Of a DNA stretch of 64,000 bases, positions 1 through 53,934 are shown piece after piece (the first letter of the stretch is position 1; the number at the start of each line of letters is the position of its first letter). Source of the DNA: Hydrolagus colliei (Eukaryota). The translations under genes were made by a program, and so were the position numbers. Under the pieces are notes generated by a model. The model did no database searches. It saw nothing but the letters and a program-made list of their open reading frames with translations, and was not told where the DNA came from. Location of the stretch: positions 87,730,001 through 87,794,000 of the forward strand of contig CM068745.1 in assembly GCA_035084275.1 (NCBI GenBank), read 5' to 3'.

Positions 1-270
1 CACTCGCCTTGCAAGTGAGCGACCTGGGTTCGATTCCAGGCAGGTCAGGGCAAAACCTTGGGCAAGTTTCCATACTCCCCACGACTGATAATAATCCCTA
101 AAAAAAAAGGATCATTTCAATCCACGACTGTTTGTGGGACACTGCTGTGTATAATTGGCTGTCTCAATTCACCCACACAAATATTGTCAATTCACTTTAC
201 AGTATATTCTGTGAAGGAAGCGTTTTGAGACGTGAAACGGCTTTGCCACATCAAATGCAAGGTTTATTAT
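1..270 (+). mobile_element. tRNA-derived SINE (main family), cut by the window edge
   Basis: B box ggttcgattcc, core gggacactgctgtg..aattggctg, L2-like tail aaatgcaagg(tta)n. Confidence 0.85.
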
Positions 271-291
271 TCTATTGATATCAATTCACAG

Positions 292-41096
<40,805 letters not shown>

Positions 41097-41186
41097 CTGG
41101 TGGGACTTTTTCAACACGTATTCGATGCAAAACTGCCAAAGAGTGTCTTTTTTTTGCGAGCAAACTGCATGCTTGACATTAGTTAG

Positions 41187-41642
41187 ATGTTGTTGTTGTG
41201 TAACATTTGGGGGTAAATGAGCGGAGGATATTTCTCAAATATAATGTGACGTTTGTTTCTGCGAACTCTCGGAATAAAATATCCGTGAATAATGAAGAAA
41301 CTGACAGTAACAATAAATGTTAAGATTGGGAAATATTTCTCTTTTATATGTCTCGTCTTCCAGATCGATTTTGAACTTTAAAAATTGCTTCCAAAATGAT
41401 ACAAACGGCTGAATGGTCGATATTGTCAGAGTCCGTTTAGCCATCAGTAAAACGTAATCTGATGTCTAGTCTATTTAACAGGACACGTCAATTGATTGTT
41501 TCTCCTTGGAAAACATATTTTGCTACAGCACTTGGCTGTGTACAAATTGGCTGTCGCGTTGGCCTACAAAATGCACAGCCCACCCTCCTTTCACTAAATC
41601 CATTGGAAGCGCATTGAGATGTGAAATGATAATATATAATCA
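41187..41642 (+). repeat. 456-bp direct duplication, copy downstream of the stop codon
   Basis: About 10 substitutions versus 40094-40549. Confidence 0.92.
41273..41317 (+). terminator. Candidate poly(A) signals of the myosin gene
   Basis: AATAAA at 41273-41278 and 41312-41317, the first such hexamers after the stop. Confidence 0.5.
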
Positions 41643-44600
41643 AAAGAGTCAATGTGAGGTACATTGCAACTACAACGATAACAACCACAAAATTACATTT
41701 ATAGAGGGCCTTTCACGTCGGGAGGAAGTCCCAAGACGCTGAACAGTCAGGTCGGGACCCAACAAGAGGAGGGTCTTGAGACCGGCCTTGAAGTGAGGCG
41801 AGAGAGGGAGGGAGGGAGGGAGCGAGATGAAGGGACTGTGGGATGGAGTTCCAGAGTGTGGGGCAGAGAGGCTGAAAGCACTTTGTGTGGTACATGAGTG
41901 GAAGGCAAGAAATGTTTAGCCATTCTCCAAGGTTGTGTTTCTCAATTGATTCAGTTGTATTCCAGTGAAATCAAAATAAATCACGTTATATCTATTGATT
42001 TGGAGAGCATTATCAGTTGTTCCTTGGAGTCCACAAAGATTCAGGAAACCATAGAATAATATTTTACAGTAGTCAAAGCAATTCAAACTTGAAATGTTTT
42101 TTGATTGCATGGATTTCACGTCTAAAAGACGTGAAAAGCGTTATATCAAATGCAAGGATTATCATTATTATTAATAATATTAAAAGACTACAGCAGAGTG
42201 CAATGATTCAATCTGTTCGACAGTGATATTAGTGCAGCAGGAATTATGCAAAAAAAACTGAAACCAAGATTGAAAGAAATTGGCAACGAGTAAGTAACAC
42301 GCCAATCAATAGCTTCTGTCAAAGCCAGTCGAGCATTCGCCGTGGTGCAAAAGTGTTATACCAACTCAAAGTCTAGATCAGGACTCGATATCTCCAGTAT
42401 CTAATCCAACAGAAGCTAGTGGAGTTTATATATTTTTAACCTACCAAGCGAACGAACACACTGCACCTTCAAAGGAACTTTGACAAAAATAAAGTGCAGA
42501 GATTGATACGAGAAGATAACATTTTGAGCCTAAACACTTTGATTTAGCACTCAGATAACTCAGATCTCATCAGAAGGTATATATATATATAGTATATATA
42601 TATAGGAAATGGCTGAGTCCAGTCAGCAGTTTTGAGTTGAGGGATTTTGACAGCTGGAAACCACTAATCGTCTTCTCAGCATCTGTTAGCAGCTTTTAAA
42701 TTGGAACTTGTTTAGAAGGGTTCAGAGCAAAAAAATATTGTTCACCATCGAGTTTCCTGTTCTGGCGTGGAAAAGCTAAAGGAGACAGCTCTTTTTTTTA
42801 AAGACTGATTGACGTCACGGGATGATCTGTCTCGGCAGATAAACTGCTTCGCCACGAACCCTTTCATTTCGCGACTGAAAACGCTAGCAAGAAGATACGA
42901 GGAACCAAAAGCCCCGCTGCGACGCTGCATCTGACTGGCCATTCTAGTTCGAACGCACGTATGCGCGGGGTGTTATTTTCGAAGGAAAATTGATGATCGA
43001 CATTCCCTCCGTGCAGTTTTTTTTGTCTCGCGAAAACCGACTGCAGAATACGAGAGGTATTTTCCGAGGATTGGCAGAGGAACTGTGCCACGGGGGAGAT
43101 TAACTGTTGCTTTTCTTTCATGAAGGTAAAATTAACATTGGGTTTTAAAACAGGATGCAGTATATTACTGCAGTGTAATACACAATGTTATATAACAGTA
43201 ATGCTGCCTTTCATATCGTGCCGTTTACATTAGTCCCACTTCCGTGACTGATTGTGGGACACTGCTGTGCGCAATTTGGCTGCCGCGTTTCGCCCACTAA
43301 TATACAGTTACTTTTCCTACTATTCTTCATCCTGCCCTGATCCTTCCCACCCTGCTCTTGTCCTACCTGACTGTACAGCGCCTTGGGATGTCCTCTCGAC
43401 GTGAAAGGCGCTATATAAATGTAAGTTTTGTTTGTTTGTTGTTTTGTTTGTGTCTCAAAATGCTGCACGCGATTCACTGCGGAATAATAATAATCCTTGC
43501 ATCATTTGATATAGAGCTTTTCACGTCTTCTAGATGTCACAAAGCGCTCTGTAAAGTATACTTTAAGTGAATTGACTGCGGATGTAACGGGGCAGCCAAT
43601 TGCGCAGAGTAGTGTCCCACAAACAGTTGTGGATTGAGTGACCAATTTCTTATCGTTTTTTTTGAGGCATGATTATTATTATTATTATTAGTAGGTGGGT
43701 GGAGTAATAACAATGATCCTTGCATTGGATATAGCGCTTTTCACATCTTATCGACGTCTCAAAGCGCTTCACAGAATCTGCAGCACTGTGCTGTAAAGTG
43801 AATCGACTGTATATTTGTGGGCGAAAGGTAAGGAAACTTCCCCAATGTTTCGCCCCGTCTGGAATCGAATCCCCGTCTCTCGCTACCGAGGCGAGCGCTC
43901 TAACCGCTGAGCCACAGGACTCAATGTAGCAGAATGTAGTGGCTGTGTGTTTTGTAGGCAAACGAGGCAGCCTATTTGCACAATGCAATGTCCAACGAAA
44001 GGCCGTGTGAAGTGAGTGACCAATACTGTGTTGTCGAGCGTAGCAGGCAATTTGCACAGCGGTGTTCCAGAAACAGCAATGAGTTAAACGACCAATTTTT
44101 CACCTGAGGGAATTCCTTTACGAGGATCCCGGGAGAAACTCCCATCTCTTTCCAAACAGCCCCGTTGCATCTTTAACATCCACCCGGAAAGAAAGACAAG
44201 GCCTCTCCTTTTTTTATTTAAAAATAGTATTAATAATAATAATCGCCCTTGCATTTTTGATACAGCTTGTCGACGTGTCAAAGCGCTTCACAGATTATAC
44301 TGTAAAGTGAATTAGCTGTGTATTTGTGGGCGAAACACGGCAGCCGATTTCGCACAGAAGCGTACCACAGACAGCCGTGGAATGAAATAACCGATTTATT
44401 ATTGTTTTTTTGAGGGATTATTATTCGGCGTGTGGAGTAAGGAAACTTGCCCAAGGTTTTGCCCTGACCTGTAGTATAATATTTAGTGAGTTTTGACCTT
44501 TGGAATGGTGGTGGGGATAAAATCCTATAATCCTTGCATTTGGTATAGCGCTTTTCACATCTCCTACACGTCTCAAAGCGTTTCACAGCATGTACTGAGA

Positions 44601-45117
44601 TGCTGTGAATTTGGGACATCAAAGACACAGAAATAAATAAGTATTCTTCCTTTTGTGGCGACAGAGGGATGATTCACAATTTGTCTGTCAATTTTGTGAC
44701 CTCGGCAGCCGATGATGGTAGATTTTCGATCGATGTATCATTGCAAATTTAGGATGGGGTTTTCCCCTATTGTATTTTAAATTCCTGCCACCAAGTGCAG
44801 GATATTGCAGGATTCGCCCACAAACAAGAAGTCACTGCATTTCACAAGTATAACCTGTGAAGCACTTTGAGATGTGTTCTCATGCTTTATCAAATGTAGC
44901 GATTATTGACTGATCTGCAGGCGATAAAATCTTTTCATCCGCCAAGCCCAATAGAGAATCGACAATTCTCTACTTACATTTATGCCTTACGCCTTTCACA
45001 TCAGGAGGACGTCCCAAAGAGCTTCACAGGATATGTTGTTGAGTGGTGTGGCTATGTGTTTTGTGGGCTAATGCAGCAGCTAATTTGGTATAATGTGTAG
45101 TAATATATATATATGTA

Positions 45118-45465
45118 TGGAATCCTGTAGCTCAGTGGTGTGGAGTCCTGTAGCTCAGTGGTGTGGAATCCTGTAGCTCAGTGGTTAGAGCACTCGCCTT
45201 ACAAGCAAGAGATCAGAGTTCAATTCCAGACAGGGCAAAAACCTTGGACAAGTTTCCTTACGACACACGCCTGATAATAGTCCCTCAAAAGAAAATTGGT
45301 CATTTCAATATGCACGACTGTTTGTGGGACGCTGCCTTGCGCAATCGGCTGCCATGTTTCACCCACGTACTTACAGTCGATTCACTTTACAGTACATTCC
45401 ATGAAGCGGTTTGAGACGTCTAGAAGACATGAAAAGCGCTATCTCAAAAATGCAAGGATTATTAT
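45118..45465 (+). mobile_element. tRNA-SINE with triplicated 23-bp 5' end
   Basis: tggaRtcctgtagctcagtggtK three times, then a normal body. Confidence 0.9.
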
Positions 45466-46655
45466 AATATATACAGTGTACGGTATTACACTTGTTCAGC
45501 AAGGTTTGCCTGCACCAATTGGACTTTGGTTTGTAGGATTAAGGGCACTTCCGTGGAATGGGGGTGGGAGGGGTGGGGGTTGGGGGGGCGGGGGTGGTGG
45601 AAGAGGACCAGAAGAGTCTCCTTGGGGCTGAGGAAATTCCAAGTTGACGTGCGTGACCACAAAATGGTAGAATCGAGTCGACCGTAGGTAGTGGTTTTGC
45701 TAATTCAGCTCCTTGGTAGTCTGGGTCCTCACTGCGTTCCAATCACTATCTACCTCGTGCGCTAGTTTGATTATTTCCAAGACCTTTTAGCGCCTCTTGT
45801 CTCCCTCATTTCTTCTCATTCTCACACGACCTACAGACTTTTTTTTTAATTAAAAAAACACAGCGTAGTAGTACTGAATCACTCATTGACCGCACCTCGA
45901 TTTCTCCTCTGCTCTGTTTAACCATGGTGTTAAATTGCAGCTGTGGGCCTTGACTTGTCATCTAAGTTCTTCATCGCCCATCGTTTCAAGGCCGACTTTA
46001 CACTGAAACCGCCGGTGTCGCTTCCATCGGAATCTCGAACAAAACGTTTCATGGATAAATGGGAAGAGTGCTAAAGCGAGGAAATTAACAACCGAGCATT
46101 TAAACTCAGGCAAACCACAACAGGTCTGCTGATCAGACTTGGCTAGTCCAGTGGTCTAACCACTGTATCATAAGCTACTGAAGACATGCACTCACTTTGC
46201 ACAGTCTAAATAAAGCAGTGGTTTTGAAAGGGAATTGGCTCTCCTGGTCTACACACAAGTTTAACTATAGAGAGACTAAATATTTGCCGTCGTTTGCAGT
46301 CGCAGGTAAAATAGGATAGCAATATCAAAGAGCTTCATCAAAATAGAAACTATCAAGCCATTACAACAGCCCATCAAAGCTGCTCGAACAATCTGTGGAC
46401 TTCAGCAGCTTCATGGTTGGAGCACTTGCCTTGCGAGCGAGAGGACCTGGATTGATTCCAGTGGAGGGCGAAAGGTTGAGCAAGTTTCCCCTTCCCCCAC
46501 ACGCCTCTGTTTACCCGGCAGTTTGTAGGAGCATGGTTTGTTAGTCAACTGGTGACTAACACCAGTTAGTGTTAACTCTTCCAGGAGTAATAATCCCTTC
46601 AAAAATATTTTTTTAAATTGTAATAATTTGGTCACTGAATCCACCACGACTGTTT

Positions 46656-46990
46656 AATCCGTGCATTTGATATATAGAGCTTTCCACATCTTATCGACAT
46701 CCCAAAGCGCTTCACAGATTATACTGTAAAGTGAATTGACTGTATATATTTGTGGGCGAATCGCGGCAGCCAATTGCGCACAGCAGTGTCCCACACAAAC
46801 AGTCGTGGATTGAAATGACCAACTTTATTATTGTGGTTTTTTTGGAGGGATTATTATTAGGCGTGTGTGTGGAGTAAGGAAACTTGCCCAAGGTTTGGCC
46901 CTGACCTGCCTGGATTCGAACACAGGTCTCCCCAGCTTGGTCTCCCCATCTTGCAAGACAAGTGCTCTAACCACTGAGCCACAAGAGCTC
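46656..46990 (-). mobile_element. Full-length tRNA-derived SINE
   Basis: Head, core and tail. Confidence 0.9.
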
Positions 46991-47099
46991 CTCATGTTTG
47001 TGAGGTATGCACAATTAGTTGCTGGGTTTCACCCACAAAACACACGGTAAATTCACTTTAAGGCATATTCTGTGAAGTGCTTTTGATGGCATTGTTGAA

Positions 47100-47420
47100 A
47101 CATCTCAAAGCACTTCACTGGATGTATCTGTAGAGAGGAATGAAAGTGTATTTTGTGGGCATAAAACGGCGGTTAATTCGCACAAGCAATGTCCCACAAA
47201 TAGCCATTGAGCAAGTGACCAACTTCAATCTTTTCGAATAGGGGTCTTTATTGAGCACTTGAACAGATGCTGGGTTTTAATGTATCATCCAAAGGACAGC
47301 TCCGCCAGCTCACAGCACTCCCCAGTACTGCGTTGGGAGTATCAGCATAAACTATATGGGTTCCACGAACCCACAGCCTTCTGTCTTTGAGATGAGAGTG
47401 ACACGAAAGGCACCAGCCCC
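47100..47420 (-). mobile_element. Old DeuSINE-like element
   Basis: Minus strand gctgatactccc..cagtactggggagtgctg..tttggatgatacattaaa central block. Confidence 0.6.
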
Positions 47421-50400
47421 GAAGAGAGGACACAGATGTGAGATAGATAGAAATTGTTAACTTCTCTCCATCAGAGGCGAAGAAAGAGAGATATTTTTCC
47501 CTTGGGCCGGAAAGGCATTCAGGGACAAGGAGAAAAGGTGAGCAATGGGGAGTAAGCGATCTGCCATGATCTAGAAAAAAAATGTGGAACCTTCTTGGTA
47601 ACTGAATTCGCCTACTGTTGACATTGAGCAAAATTAGAATCAATCTCTTGCACTGCAACTGAAAACGGAAACTGCTGTATGTTGAAAGCTTGAAAGGTTA
47701 GCTTTGCTGGCCAAAGAAAACTTTGTTCTCCCAGTAACCAAAATACAGTACTCAGAATAAAACCGCTATATCACTAAGTCAGGTGTTTGGAAAAGCTTCT
47801 CAATTGTAACCGTTCAGAAAGGTTTCTGCATATTTAATAATTAAGTAATTAACGAATTTAAACTGCAAGTTAATGCTCAGTATTACTTAGTAGCTCAGTA
47901 CAAAATAACACCAGGAATACCGAGAGTGCGCGGAGGCTTTGTGTGTTAGTCCCTGTCTACTTGCTTCCACATCCCACCTTAAAACCTACCTCTTCGACTA
48001 TGCTTATGGTCTCATTGTTCTGTACAACCTGGTTGGAGAACCTCTACACCTCACTGACCAGAGAGTTAGAGTGATCTTTGAGTGACCATCACTTGTCAAA
48101 TACACTAACGCAATGCATAGCCATCGCGGATAAATATAATTTGTCGTGGTCGTAGGTGTACTCTGTGGTTTAATTGGATCAGCGCACCACCAATCTTAAA
48201 AATAATTCTACCGCATATCAATAATTGGTTTAGAATAACCATCAGCAATGGTAAACTGAATGAAGCTACAATATATGGGATGTTCTTTAATTTAATTTAA
48301 TCGAAATCTGCTGCTGCTTTCAGCTGCGTTTTCCACTGGTTGAGTTTTACAAACAATAAAAGTACTTCTGGAGACGGGAGATTCAAAAGTACAGTATTTA
48401 TTGCTTGTACAGTACAGTACACCCGACGTTTGTTGGCTTGAAATTGAGGTTCATCAAAGTCGAGTTTCACTTCAAAAACTGCTTTTTACTCTGTGATCTT
48501 TAGACCCAGATTCTTACCCTAACCGTAAATATAGAACGCGAAGCACTGAAGTGCAATACTGTCGTTGTTTTTGGAGGTTTTGTAGGACAGGGCACCGCAA
48601 GTAGAATTGAGGGGAAGCTGAAAGGTCACTCGATGCTCTGGTTAGTTTTTATATTGCATCTCGCTGACCACTTTTGCCGGAAACCGTGTGCATCCAAATA
48701 TTTGCAATGCTTACAACTGAAGCTTTTTAAAGGTCATGGCACCAAAACTGTAGATAGGTTTCAATTAACTTTCATTTGCCGTTCGTTGATTTTTTTGAAT
48801 ATTGATAAATATCTCAATTTGATTTTTTAAAAAAAATATTGGATTAAATGACTCCATGTGTCACCCATACAAAATCCTTTAACATTTTTCTTGTCATTGT
48901 TCTATCGGATTTAACAGCCTTCACGTCGTTAGATGGAGGTACTGCAAAGCCGAGACATGGCATGTGGAATCCTTACTTTCTTAATCAACGGAGAGACTAG
49001 ATTCCTCCATATCACAACAACAAAATGATGTTTGTAGAGCACATCTCACTTCAGGCCTTCGCCCCAAGCCGCTGACGTGCCATGGGTGCCTTTAGATGAG
49101 ATGTTCGTCCTTCGAATGAAACGTTAAACCAAAGTCCCATCTGGACGTTCAGGTCTATGTTACAGATTCCACCACACAATTTACAACAACAACTTTGATT
49201 TATATAGCGCCCTCACTCCACGCCGGACGGCGTCTCATAGCGCTCCACAACAACGGATCCCGGGCCCGATCCCGGGGTGGGGGTGAGGGGGGAGAGAAAG
49301 TTCTTCAGCTGAGACCTGAAACCAGGAGGAGAAATAAAAAAGAGAAGGGAGTCTCTTCTGGTGCCTGACCACAAAAACCCCACCAGCCAATGAAATTGGT
49401 CACTCACTTCACAGCTATTTATAGGACTTGTCTGTGGGCAAATCGGTTAGCATTCTCAACAAAAAAATGTGAACCTGGGTAGCCGTTTAGCACAGAGGAA
49501 CATGCGGGATGGATGCAGTGTAAAGTGTGTCACAGTCACTCCGCTCCTTACCCTGGAAAAAGTCCTCGGGCGCTCTCCCAGAATGCAAAGATGATCACCT
49601 ATTAACGACCGCATTGAGAGCCGAAAGGTGTCCCTCGTCGGGTCGGACAGATCCGACTGCTGACCTTGCTTCTCGCACCGAGAGGGAGACGACGAATAAC
49701 CGCTTCCCGTGCGGTAACAGCCGCACAAGCGTCAATGTTCTTGGCTCGGGTCCTGAGGCTAGGATTCGAGAAAGAGAATCGGAAGCGAAAAGCTCTAACG
49801 CACTCGAACCGGTGTTAACGTGCTCTTCGCGACATCCTTTTTAATCTCTGTAACGCGATCAGCAGTTTGCAAGATCAATAAGAACAATCCTTGCATTTGT
49901 GATAGCGCTCTTTGCGTCTTCCAGGCGTGGTCATTCATCTCACAACCGTTTGTGGAGCTGCTGGTGGGGTTGTGATCAGCTTCACATCTTCCCACATAAA
50001 CGAAATGCCGAGGGCATTTTGCTAAGTACTACCTCTAGCGACATGCATTTATTCTACGTGGGTGCAAGAGTGTAATCTTCCCGAAACTACCTCCTCCAAA
50101 TGATGTGAGGGTTCCAGCATGATTCACACGGGTTCAGTCCTATTTAGGGAGGGGAGGGCAGGGGAGGGAAGGGGGGGGAGGTGGGGTTGGGGGGGGAGGT
50201 GGGGGGTGGGGGGGGCGTGAAATTACTGTGAAAATCACGATGATTCATCACCGAACATGTCATGCAAACTCAGCACAAACATAAGTTGATAACAAGCTTT
50301 AGATTATTGTTATTTAATCTATAATAATCCTTGTATTCGGTATAGCTCTTTGGGACGTCCTCCCGATGTGAGAGGCGCTCTTCGAAATATACTATACGGT

Positions 50401-51150
50401 GTGCGTAGGAACGTGGCTGCCAGGAGCCGCAAACAGCCACGAATGAAGCGAATTACCGATTTCTGCAGCCCCGGCACAACTTTGGAGAATCAGCGTAGAC
50501 TAACTCACATACAGTCTACACACAGTTAAATATTTAAACATCCACCTTCAATCTCGTATCTCTGTTTCGAGTTGAGTTGAGCCAATTCAGTACCGGACTG
50601 GGATTTGAACCCGTAGAACTGTGTAGCCTGTCCAGTGTGGCATTTTTTTTTACCTACGAGGGCCATTCATACAATTCTCAACGGCCTCCCATAGAGAAAT
50701 GACAGAGGCGACAATCATTGTTAATGAGCCACGAAAACATGTGTCTCCATCGATGAGAAAAAGTGAAACTCTCCACGACCACAGCAAGTAATGGCGTGAC
50801 TCACAGCCGACCAAAAAAATCCACTAGGTATGAGTGTCCAGAGCTTTTGAGAGATGCAGTGCGCTATCAGTCACTGGAATTCATAGTAACCCAGAATTGT
50901 CTTCTTCAGTATGTTTGCGGATGTTTGCGTAAATGCATCGGCTGTTGAATTAATGAGCTCCTGTGGCTTCGTGGTTAGAGCACTTGTCTTGCAAGCTGGG
51001 GAGACCTGTGTTCGAATCCAGGCAGGTCAGGGGTAAAACCTTGGGCAAGTTTCCTTATTCCACACACACGCCTAATAATAATCCGTCCAAAAAAAAACAC
51101 AATAATAAAATTGGTCATTTCAATCCACGACTGTTTGTGAGGGACGCTGC

Positions 51151-52288
51151 ATTTTGTATCTTCCAACGGTTTCTCCTCAAACCCCCGCACAGTTTCTCAC
51201 GGCGTCCCCCAGGGCTCTGTCCTCGGCCCCCTCCTTTTCACCATTTACACGCTCCCTCTGGGCGATGTCATCCGCAAACATGGGGTAAACTTCCACATGT
51301 ATGCGGACGACACCCAGCTGTTCCTTTCTGCCTCATCCCTCAACCCCCAGACCATCGATGTTCTGACAGCATGTCTGTCCGACATCGAGTCCTGGATGAG
51401 GGACAACTTCCTCCAATTGAACGTGAGTAAGACCGAGGCCCTCCTGATCGGCTCAAGCCAGCGCCTCCGCACATCGGGCGCTGCCAGCCTCAACATCCAA
51501 GGCTGCACTCTCCACCTCACAAAGCCAATCAGGAACCTTGGCATCACGTTCGACCATAAACTCTCCTTCCTCCCCCACATCCGTGCCTTGACCGGCACCG
51601 CTTATTTCCACCTGCAAAATATTGCCAGGCTCCGCAACTACCTCACCCCCCACGCTGCCGAAACACTCGTGCACGCATACATCACCTCACGGCTGGACTA
51701 CGGAAACTCTCTCCTCGTCGGCCTCCCCAGTTCCTCCATTCACAGGCTGCAGGTCATCCAAAACTCTGCAGCCCGTGTACTATCCCGCACCCGCCTCCGC
51801 GACCACATAACCCCCACCCTCGCCCGTCTCCACTGGCTCCCCATCCTCCAGAGGATCGAGTTCAAGATCCTCGTCCTCATCTTCAAGGCCTTACACGGCC
51901 TTGCCCCGCCCTATTTATCCGACTTATTCTCCCCCTACAAGCCCACCCGGACCCTCCGTTCAGCAGGACTTGGCCTGCTCCAAGCCCCCCGCCCGAACCG
52001 CCCCACCATCGGAGGCCGGGCCTTCAGTTTCTCCGCTCCCACCCTGTAGAACTCCATCCCCCAATCCCTCCGTCTCGTTTCTTCCCTTTCCTCTTTCAAG
52101 GCCGGTTTGAAGACTTTCCTCTTCGACCGTGCCTTTTGTTCCCCCCCGAACGTTTCAGCCTCCCCTACGTGTTTCACCCCTTCCCGAACACTCCCCTCGA
52201 AGCTCGGGTCACACGCCTCCTGTGCAGCGCCTTGGGACGTCCTCCCGACGTGAAAGGCGCTTTATAAGTTTAAATTGTTGTTGTTGTT
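51151..52288 (+). mobile_element. Young 5'-truncated L2 with reverse-transcriptase ORF
   Basis: [10 protein letters not shown] and YADD motifs, frame open to 52049; inserted in a SINE (50955-51150 and 52288-52422). Confidence 0.93.
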
Positions 52289-52789
52289 GCTGTGCACAAT
52301 TGGCTGCCGCGATTCGCCCACAAATATACAGTCAATTCACTTTACAGTATATTCTGTGATGCGCTTTGGGACGTCGATAAGATGTGAAAAGCACTGTATC
52401 AAATGCAAGGATTATTATTATTAGAATGAGTAGCTAACGAACAGGTCACCAAACCGGCATTTGCACATTCTTCTGACTAAAGTTATGTGTTACAATAATA
52501 ACATGTTACACGCTGGCATCACGGAAGCCGTTACCATAGCTCTGACAGAAAACCATGGTCACCATTGGAAACCAAAACTGGCACCCATCTAAATTTAGGT
52601 ACTGTTAAAACGCACACGGAACAAGTCCACGGCTGACAGGACAGTTGACATGAGCAAACCACACAGCGAACATTTGAAAGCAATGTGTTTTCAGCCATGG
52701 TAACTGGTGTTCCTGTCCGTTTCTGTGCCACTTGAACTGTGTATCACACGTTAGTCAAATGAACCACTTGTCGTATACAACCACAACAT

Positions 52790-53240
52790 CAACAACAACA
52801 ACAAAATGACATTTAATACAGCGCCTTTCACAGACGTCATAAGGCGTTGAACAGTCAGAGGTTCGGGACCCGAGCATGGGGGAAGGAGCAGGGTAGTGTG
52901 GAGGGGAGGGGAGGGGAGGGAGAGCGGTGGGACGGCTGCTGAAGGCACACTTGAGACCGGCCTTGAAGGAGGCAAGGGAGGAAACGAGGCGAAGGGACCG
53001 TGAGATGCAGTGGGGGCAGAGAGGCTTGAAGCCTGGTCACCGATAATAGGTCGGGTCGGTTCGGGCGGGGGACATGGAGCAGAACCGGAGCCTGCTGAAC
53101 GGAGTGGGTGGACAGGTTCATAGGGTTGGAGAGATAGGAGGGGGGCAAGACAGTGAATGGCCTTGAAAGTGAGGACAAGGAACTTGAATTCGATCCTCTG
53201 GGGGGGTGGGGAGCCAGTGGGAGCTGTACTTGTAAAGTGA
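52790..53240 (-). mobile_element. L2 3' fragment
   Basis: Same subfamily A end, decayed. Confidence 0.8.
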
Positions 53241-53541
53241 TACGGTGACAATCGCTGCTTCTGTCAACCACAAACGCAACACAACAAGATCACCTTACAC
53301 CCCCTTTCATTACCAAATAATGGCACCTCTAGACTGCATTTAGCTGAGTGGAATTCATATGGAAATCAGAGCGCTGGGTTTCCTGGTTAACGGGAATTAA
53401 ACAGTAAGTATCTTACTGCTTAACCAAGCAGAGATGTACGGAGTAAGGAGATATTGCCTATGGTTTGGCCTCGGCTCGGGAATCGAACCCCGGGTCCTCT
53501 CACGTGTGAGGCAAGCGCGCTAACCACTATATCGTACTGCG

Positions 53542-53934
53542 NNNNNNNNNNNNNNNNNNNNNNNNNNNNNNNNNNNNNNNNNNNNNNNNNNNNNNNNNNN
53601 NNNNNNNNNNNNNNNNNNNNNNNNNNNNNNNNNNNNNNNNNNNNNNNNNNNNNNNNNNNNNNNNNNNNNNNNNNNNNNNNNNNNNNNNNNNNNNNNNNNN
53701 NNNNNNNNNNNNNNNNNNNNNNNNNNNNNNNNNNNNNNNNNNNNNNNNNNNNNNNNNNNNNNNNNNNNNNNNNNNNNNNNNNNNNNNNNNNNNNNNNNNN
53801 NNNNNNNNNNNNNNNNNNNNNNNNNNNNNNNNNNNNNNNNNNNNNNNNNNNNNNNNNNNNNNNNNNNNNNNNNNNNNNNNNNNNNNNNNNNNNNNNNNNN
53901 NNNNNNNNNNNNNNNNNNNNNNNNNNNNNNNNNN
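53542..53934. other. Assembly gap
   Basis: Run of N. Confidence 1.

Noticed and set aside
49415-49424. Perfect MEF2 site CTATTTATAG, plus near-matches at about 13300 and 13780
   Set aside because: Several such hits are expected in 64 kb of AT-rich DNA; no supporting cluster.
53460-53541. tRNA-Val-like sequence on the minus strand, and the many cloverleaf-like heads elsewhere
   Set aside because: No acceptor-stem pairing, and each continues into SINE body sequence; these are SINE heads, not tRNA genes.
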